Below are positions 52,381 through 59,378 of a DNA stretch of 59,378 bases, in pieces; within the stretch, counting starts at the first letter, position 1, and every line of letters begins with the position of its first letter. The stretch lies in the NCBI RefSeq assembly GCF_000315625.1, contig NW_005434613.1, forward strand, positions 133,186 to 192,563. Reading direction: 5' to 3'. This DNA is from Guillardia theta CCMP2712 (Eukaryota > Protista > Cryptophyta). The notes under the pieces are model-generated. The model saw only the letters and a list, made by a program, of their open reading frames with translations, ran no database searches and had not been told where the DNA came from. Made by a program: the position numbers and the translations under genes.

Positions 52381-53959
52381 ATGCAGAACCAAAGGAGCTT
52401 CAAGTCCATTCATGCTACCCTGTTCATGCTGCTATCCTGCCTCGCCTACTCATCAGAAGTTTGCATCGGCTCGTACAGGAATGAAGGCCTGCATGCCAGG
52501 ACTGGTGATTGGGGAAGAGCGCAGAAGACCGTGGTGGCTGAGGTTGGACGAGTAGACTTAATGAGGATAAGAGGAGGGGAGGCTGTCACGGGCAGAAAGC
52601 TTCCTCCCCCCTCCACAGATGCGGAGGGTGAAGTGGTGCTTGACGAAGAGGCGAAGAAGTTTTATGAGACAACGATGATGGCGCCAACGAAGAGATTGGT
52701 TACCGCACTCCTTCTCCATTCTTCCTCGTCCTCGTCCTCTCCTCCTCTCTTCCTCCCCTCTCTTCCTCCTCCCCTCCCCCACCAACCCGCTCCCCACCTC
52801 CTCCCTCACTTCTACATGTGTTCTTATGATTCATTGGCTCGACTTCCCGTCCTTGCTACTCCTGCCCTCTCCCTCTCCACCACCTTCCCAGCTCATCGAG
52901 TCCTTCCAGGTCCAGCTGATCACGACCATGAAGAAAGAGTTCGTGGACCTCAAGACCCTCATGGATGTGCACAGGATGATGATACACAATCAAGAGAAGT
53001 GAGGACAGAGACTATGTCCCCAACCCTCGACTCCCCTCCTCCTCCCTCGACTCTCCTCCCCTCCCCTCCTCTCTCCTCCCCTCCTCCCCCCCATCCTCCC
53101 CTCCCCTCTCCTCTTCTTCCCTCTCCTCTTCTTCCCTCTCCTCTTCTTCCTTCTCCTCTTCTCCTCTGCATACTCCTCTCTTCCTTCTCCTTTCCTCCCT
53201 TCCTCACTCCTCCTCCCCTCCTATCCTTTGCAACCTCCTCTCGCACCCCCTCCCACCCCCCCTCCTCCTCTCGTTCCCCGTCTCCCCTCTTCCCTCTCCT
53301 GACATGTGCCAACTCAGGAGGAGGAGGAAGGAAAGGCTTGCTCCCGTCCGCATCCGCTATCGCTGCAGCTCTGCATGCCGCAAGGTCAGGACGGGTCTTT
53401 TTGAGGAGCCCCCAGAGGATAACAGCGTTCAAGGTGGCCGTTGTCGGATCCTGGTCCAACTGGTTAGAAAAGGTAGGCTTACCCTCTACTCCCTCCCTCC
53501 CTCCCTCCCTCCCTGCCTTCCTCCCTACCTTCCTCCCTCCCACCGATCTTCTTTTCTCCTCTCCGCTCCTTGTTCTCCGCTTGGAACGCTCGCATCCCCC
53601 TCCCTTGTCCTCCTCCCCCTTCTCTTGTATGATTTTCCTGTCCATTTCCATCCTGCTCTGTCCTCCCCCGCCCCCCATCCTCTCTCATTATTCTCATCTC
53701 TTGATTCCACTGACTCATCTATAAGCATCCATTGGAGCGCTCCAAGGACGGCAGCATGTGGGAAGGAGAGGTCTGTTCCCCCTGCCCCTCTCCCTTCCCC
53801 CCCCCCCTCCCTCCTCCCCCTTCCCTTCTCCTCCTCCTCCCCCTTGCCATTCTCCTCCCTTCTCCTCCTCTTTTCCCCCCTCTCCTGTGATTCTCTCAAG
53901 TCCACCTGCAGGTTTGGATGCCAAGTGGCAAGCACAGCTTCAAGTTCATCGAGGACGAG
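52381..53959 (+). CDS. Signal-peptide protein with a CBM48 (AMPK-beta/PTST-type) glucan-binding domain, 3'-truncated
   Basis: Hydrophobic leader ATLFMLLSCLAYS and an MRIRGG motif. Six exons end PVRIRYRCSSACRK|VAVVGSWSNWLEK|HPLERSKDGSMWEGE|VWMPSGKHSFKFIEDE. Confidence 0.8.
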
Positions 53960-54017
53960 GTCGAATCTCTACCCATTTCTCCTCTCCCTCCCCTTCCTCT
54001 CCCTCTCCCTCTCCCTC

Positions 54018-54583
54018 CTGTTGTGACCAGGATGCGAGCCTCGAACTTCTTGAACTTGTTGTATGTCGCAATACTGGAAAGATAACGTCACCACATGTTA
54101 GAAAAAAGAAACACGAAGGAAGAAATAGGATCTCATCAGCAATCTATAATACCCACTGTGTTGGTTTCGATCAGCAAATCAGAGGCCAACAGGCACCCGG
54201 GAGGGAGCGTCAACCACGTCAGTGGGACACTCAACCTCTTAAACCGGGCCATCATCGAGACACATACAAAGCAAAAGCGCTACAACCAGACATTTACCGC
54301 TCAGTGGCATCCATGTCTGAGTGCAATTCGATGGATGGAAACTTGGATTCTTGGAGGATTTTGTTCAGAGAGTGACACCTTCGCTTGTCACGAACGAAAA
54401 TAACAACTTGGTTGAACTCTGTACAGGAAATCGGTACAAGTGAAAGTTATGTTGATCTTGCTTACCAAGAATGTCCATGAGATCAGTCAGTTTGCGCGTC
54501 TTCTGAGACTCTTCCAGCTTGATGTAGAATTGGCTCAGGCCGTGCAAGCTGAGTTTGTCCATATCAATCAGGATTTCCTTCGG
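54018..54583 (-). CDS. UAP56/DDX39-like DEAD-box RNA helicase, internal fragment (5' part in gap, 3' part missing)
   Basis: Exons 54583..54466, 54418..54298 and 54073..54018 give [39 protein letters not shown]|[41 protein letters not shown]|[18 protein letters not shown]. Confidence 0.85.
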
Positions 54584-55874
54584 CTGCAACCCAATCCGTC
54601 TCAGAATCTTCTAAGCATCATTCGAGGAGAATCACACATCCAGACAACACATCGCTCCTACCAATCTAAACAAAGTAATGAAGAACTTCTTGAAATGAAT
54701 GCAGCTNNNNNNNNNNNNNNNNNNNNNNNNNNNNNNNNNNNNNNNNNNNNNNNNNNNNNNNNNNNNNNNNNNNNNNNNNNNNNNNNNNNNNNNNNNNNNN
54801 NNNNNNNNNNNNNNNNNNNNNNNNNNNNNNNNNNNNNNNNNNNNNNNNNNNNNNNNNNNNNNNNNNNNNNNNNNNNNNNNNNNNNNNNNNNNNNNNNNNN
54901 NNNNNNNNNNNNNNNNNNNNNNNNNNNNNNNNNNNNNNNNNNNNNNNNNNNNNNNNNNNNNNNNNNNNNNNNNNNNNNNNNNNNNNNNNNNNNNNNNNNN
55001 NNNNNNNNNNNNNNNNNNNNNNNNNNNNNNNNNNNNNNNNNNNNNNNNNNNNNNNNNNNNNNNNNNNNNNNNNNNNNNNNNNNNNNNNNNNNNNNNNNNN
55101 NNNNNNNNNNNNNNNNNNNNNNNNNNNNNNNNNNNNNNNNNNNNNNNNNNNNNNNNNNNNNNNNNNNNNNNNNNNNNNNNNNNNNNNNNNNNNNNNNNNN
55201 NNNNNNNNNNNNNNNNNNNNNNNNNNNNNNNNNNNNNNNNNNNNNNNNNNNNNNNNNNNNNNNNNNNNNNNNNNNNNNNNNNNNNNNNNNNNNNNNNNNN
55301 NNNNNNNNNNNNNNNNNNNNNNNNNNNNNNNNNNNNNNNNNNNNNNNNNNNNNNNNNNNNNNNNNNNNNNNNNNNNNNNNNNNNNNNNNNNNNNNNNNNN
55401 NNNNNNNNNNNNNNNNNNNNNNNNNNNNNNNNNNNNNNNNNNNNNNNNNNNNNNNNNNNNNNNNNNNNNNNNNNNNNNNNNNNNNNNNNNNNNNNNNNNN
55501 NNNNNNNNNNNNNNNNNNNNNNGGGCGTACGCGATCGGCGTTTCAATTCGTAACGCATATTTTGCTCTTCTTTTTCCTTGCTGCTCTCTTGCGTTCTCTC
55601 CTGCACTTCTGATTAGCTACTTCTGAACTTGATCGAGAGGCGTCTTTCATGTTCTTACCTTACTTGCCTCCTCCCCTCTCCTTTCCCCTCATCTCCCCTC
55701 CCCTCCCTTCCCCTTCCCTCCCCTCTCTCTTCTCTTCTCCTCTCCTCTCCTCTCCTCTCCTCTCCCTCCCCTCTCCTCGCTCCTCTCCACTCCTCCCCTC
55801 GTCTCCCTTCCCCTCTCTCCTCTCCTCTCCTCTCCTCTCCTCTCTTGTGTCGACTTGTCTTGTAGCGTCATGAC

Positions 55875-56410
55875 ATGTCGACCGCTCGTTCAGATTTGGC
55901 TGCCGGGAGGAAGACACAGTTTCAAGTTCCTGGAAGACGGCGCGGTAACACGCAAGACAGGCTTCACTTTGACAACTGACTTGACATGCGCAGTGGAGGT
56001 TGTCCGATGACTTTCCGGTCGAAGACGACGGAGTTCGCACAGACGGAAACAATGTGATGGTCGTTGAGCCGCCTGTGCAGAGGAAGAAGAAGAAGGCAGA
56101 ACAGTAAGACAGAGATGTGATGTTGAAGTTGAGGTTTTGACGGTTGTTCTCCCCCTCCTCTCCTCTCCTCTCCTCTCCTCTCCTCGTCCAGGTGTCTTGA
56201 GCAATCTTCACTCTCAAACGCCTCAGTAGCGATGAGAACAATCAGCGCGAACGAAGTGAGAGAAGATCCCCATCCTCCGGGTGACTGCAAAGCAGCCGAT
56301 GCAAACTCCAACAACGTCGTTGATGTCGCAGAAGAGAACGTGGAAGAAGAACAGATCGAAGAGACAGTCATCCACAGAGAGGAGATGTATGCACGAGGAG
56401 GAGGCAAGAT

Positions 56411-56457
<47 letters not shown>

Positions 56458-59302
56458 AGAAGACAACGGAAGAGGATGAGAATTTCGTTCAGGACTTCCA
56501 CGAGCCCAACAGCGCAGACGACATCCTGCAGGATCATAGCGCTGGGGAGCTGGACAACGACGACGATCTCTATACTACGGTGAATGAGATACAGGTGAGG
56601 TTACCACCTTGTCGATCCTAGCCCCCCTCACCTCAACGTTGACAGGAGCTTCAGAGAGACATTGAAATGCTGAAAGGCCAAAGAGAATGCAGGCAGCTTG
56701 CCGGTGCGGGCGGGCGGGAGGAGGAGGAGGAGGAGGAGGAGGTGATGGAGAAGAGGATGAAGGAGGAGGAAGAGGGCGGGGGAGCAAGTTTGATGTCGAC
56801 ATCGAAGACTATGCAGAAGGCTGGACAAGGACAAACACCTTCATCTTCATCCTCGCCGTCAGGAGCAGCAGAAGTTGAAGCAGCAGCAGCAGACGAAGAA
56901 GAGATGAGGACAACAGCAAGAGAGCCAGCACTGCAGGCAACAACACCAGTTGAAGTAGCAACAGCATCAGCGACAGCAACAGCAACAGCGACAGCTAGAA
57001 CAGAAGTTGCAGCAGCTGTAACATCATCATCATCAGCAGCAGCAACAGCAACAGCAGCAGCATCAACAAAGGCGACATGCAGGAAGAAGACAAAGAAACA
57101 TCACTGGTCTGACCTCCTGCTGTTGGACGCGCTCGCGGGACTGAAGAAAGAGTTGGAAGCGGAGAAGATGACGGCAGTGAAGGGGCCCGGGAGCGAAGAG
57201 AAGGAGGAGGAGGAGATGAAGATGATGGAGATGAAGAAGATGGCCGAAGATGAGAAGATCTGCCAGGAGATACGAAAAAGGTCGCAAGAAAGGTTGAGGG
57301 TGAAGGGCAGATGGCTGGAGGAGGAGGACGAGCAGAGAGCTGGGGTCGCTGTCTGCCAGCGAGAGAAGAGGAGGGAGGTGGAGATTGAGGAGCGAAGGAT
57401 CGAGGAGGAGCGAAGGATCGAGGAGGAGCGAAGGAGGGAGGAGGAGCGAAGGATCGAGGAGGAGCGAAGGATGGAGGAGGAGCGAAGGATCGAGGAGGAG
57501 CGAAGGAGGGAGGTCGAGCGAAGGATGGAGGAGGAGCGAAGGATCTTTGAGGAGCGAAGGATCGAGGAGGAGCGAAGGATCGAGGTGTACCGAAGGATGG
57601 AGGAGGAGCGAAGGAGGGAGGAGGAGCGAAGGATCGAGGAGGAGCGAAGGATCGAGGACGAGCGAAGGATCGAGGAGGAGCGAAGGATCGAGGACGAGCG
57701 AAGGAGGGAGGAGGAGAACAGAATGGCTCGCTCCGTCACCTTGCGAAATCGTCAAGAGGCACATGTGGAGGAGGAGCTCGAGAGACGGGGGAGGCAGAGG
57801 CGGCAGACGGAGAGTAGGAGCAGGAGGGAGCAGGAGGAGCAGGAGACTTGCAGAAATCTGCTGGTGCGCCAAGATGGTCAGAGGAAGAGACTTGGAACGA
57901 TTGACTGGGAGGAGAAGAGGAGGAAAGACGTCAGAGAGAAACAGGTTTCTTCCCCTCCCATCCTTTCCTATCCACTTCCCCACCCACCCTCCATTTCCCT
58001 TCCTTCCTTCTTCCCCCCCCGTCCTCCTTCTCCTTCTCCTTCCCTCCCTCCCCCTTCCTCTTCCTTGCTTCCTCTTTCTCCCTCCCCCTTCCTCTTCCTT
58101 GCTTCCTCTTTCTCCCTCCCTGCTGTCTCCGTCCTCTTGTCGTTGATGCTCGTGCTCAGCTGTTGGCACTGCAAGCATGGGAGGACGCGTCTCGGGCTGC
58201 AGCGGAGGAAGCAAACGAGAGGAGGAAGATGCGGCGGAAAGCTCGAAGGCTGGGGGAGCAGGAGGAGGAGCTTCAGCGCAGGCTGGGCGAGGCGAGGAAG
58301 CAGCAGGAGACATTGCGATCGCACGAGGAGGAGGTGAGGAGGAGGCTGCAGGTTCAGAGCAAGAAGATGCGAGGTATGCGAGTCTTCGCGGAGGAGGAGG
58401 AGATGCGGCGCAGGGTCTGTGAACTGCAGGAGGGGAAGAGGAGGGAGGAGGAGAAGTGGGAGAGGAGCCGCAGGCTTGAGGAGCAACGCTTCGTGTGGCA
58501 GCTTGCGTTGGAGGAGGATGCGAGGAGCAGAGGAGAGCAGGCGGAGAGACAGCGACTGCTGCTGGAGAAGAAGGAGCAGGAGCAGGAGCAGGAGGAGCAA
58601 GAGCAGATTCAGAAGGCTGTGCTGGAGAGGAGGAGGAGGCAGGCATGCAGGCTGGAGGAGGAAGAGAGAGGGCGGAAGGAGGTGCGGAAGGTGGAGGAGG
58701 CCAAGTGGAAGGTGGGGATGCTGCTGGAACAGCGAGCTCGAGCTGTTGCGTCCATCAGGAGGGAGGCGGAGGAGGAGGAGGAAGAGAGGAAGGCTCTTGC
58801 GGAGAGACAGAGAAGCAAGCACGGCGCTTGCATCGAGGAGCTTCGCTTTCAAGAGCAGGAGGAGCAGGAGGCTGGGAGGAGGAGGAGGCTGGATCTCCAG
58901 GCGGAGCAGGCGGAACAGGACTGGAGCAGCAGGAGGAGGATCGCGACAAGACAAACGGCAAAGCTGCACGCTCAGCTCCTGGTGAAGCGAGATCCAGGTC
59001 CTGCTCCTGTTGTCCCTTCTCTCTCCTCCTCCTCCTCCTCCTCCTCCTTCTCCTCCTCTACTTCATCAATCCTCACCTCTCCCACCTTTCTCACCTCGTA
59101 CCTCCTGTCAATTCATCTCCCCCTCCTTCTCCTCCCCTCCTTCTCTCCCCCCTCCTTCTCCTCCCCCTCCTTCTCTCCCCCCTCCTTCTCGTTTCACCCT
59201 CCTACAGGTGCAAACTCCTCCTCCACCCCCGACCCCAACGATGAGCTCCAGAGGCGAGCCGACGATCTTCTACTGAAAATGCGAGAAGAGGTTCAGCCCT
59301 GA
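55875..59302 (+). CDS. Long E/R-rich coiled-coil or trichohyalin-like protein, multi-exon
   Basis: ORF blocks 56232-56595, 56667-57945 and 58160-58995 and a final exon ending TGA at 59302, separated by pyrimidine-rich introns. Start tentative. Confidence 0.65.
57385..57720 (+). repeat. 18-bp coding repeat, ~18 copies, encoding (I/M/R)EEERR
   Basis: GAGGAGCGAAGGATCGAG units in tandem. Confidence 0.95.
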
Positions 59303-59378
59303 CCTCCTCCTCCTCCACCACCACCACCACCACCACCACCTCCTCCTCCTCCTCCTCCTTCTACCTCCTCCTTCTACC

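Noticed and set aside
54030-54375. [16 protein letters not shown]... as the last exon of the CBM48 gene
   Set aside because: It is the antisense of the UAP56-like exon [18 protein letters not shown] and does not complete the CBM48 fold.

Overview
Intron-rich eukaryotic nuclear DNA with 6 assembly gaps. Short 45-60 nt GT-AG introns, small RWP-RK genes, a flagellar DRC1 gene and an RIRGG-type leader suggest a flagellated alga, probably a cryptophyte (inference). Gene models were spliced by eye. In order: the 5' part of a dienelactone hydrolase; four small RWP-RK transcription-factor genes within 22 kb; one giant ~2,600-aa gene (PH-RRM-PDZ-RRM-helical-RAP-helical-RAP-WW-WW) that the ORF track splits into many pieces; a gankyrin-like ankyrin protein; a coiled-coil protein; an SDIR1-like RING-H2 ligase; an SPX protein; DRC1 with an apparent 1-nt frameshift; a decayed retrotransposon/Crinkler-like composite; an Sfi1-like repeat protein with a recent 99-bp amplification; a signal-peptide CBM48 protein and a UAP56-like helicase, both cut at one junction; and a long E/R-rich protein. 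Intergenic DNA repeatedly contains islands of short palindromic words flanked by G/C-run tracts. No rRNA, tRNA or CRISPR array was recognised. Domain calls come from motif recognition, not database searches.
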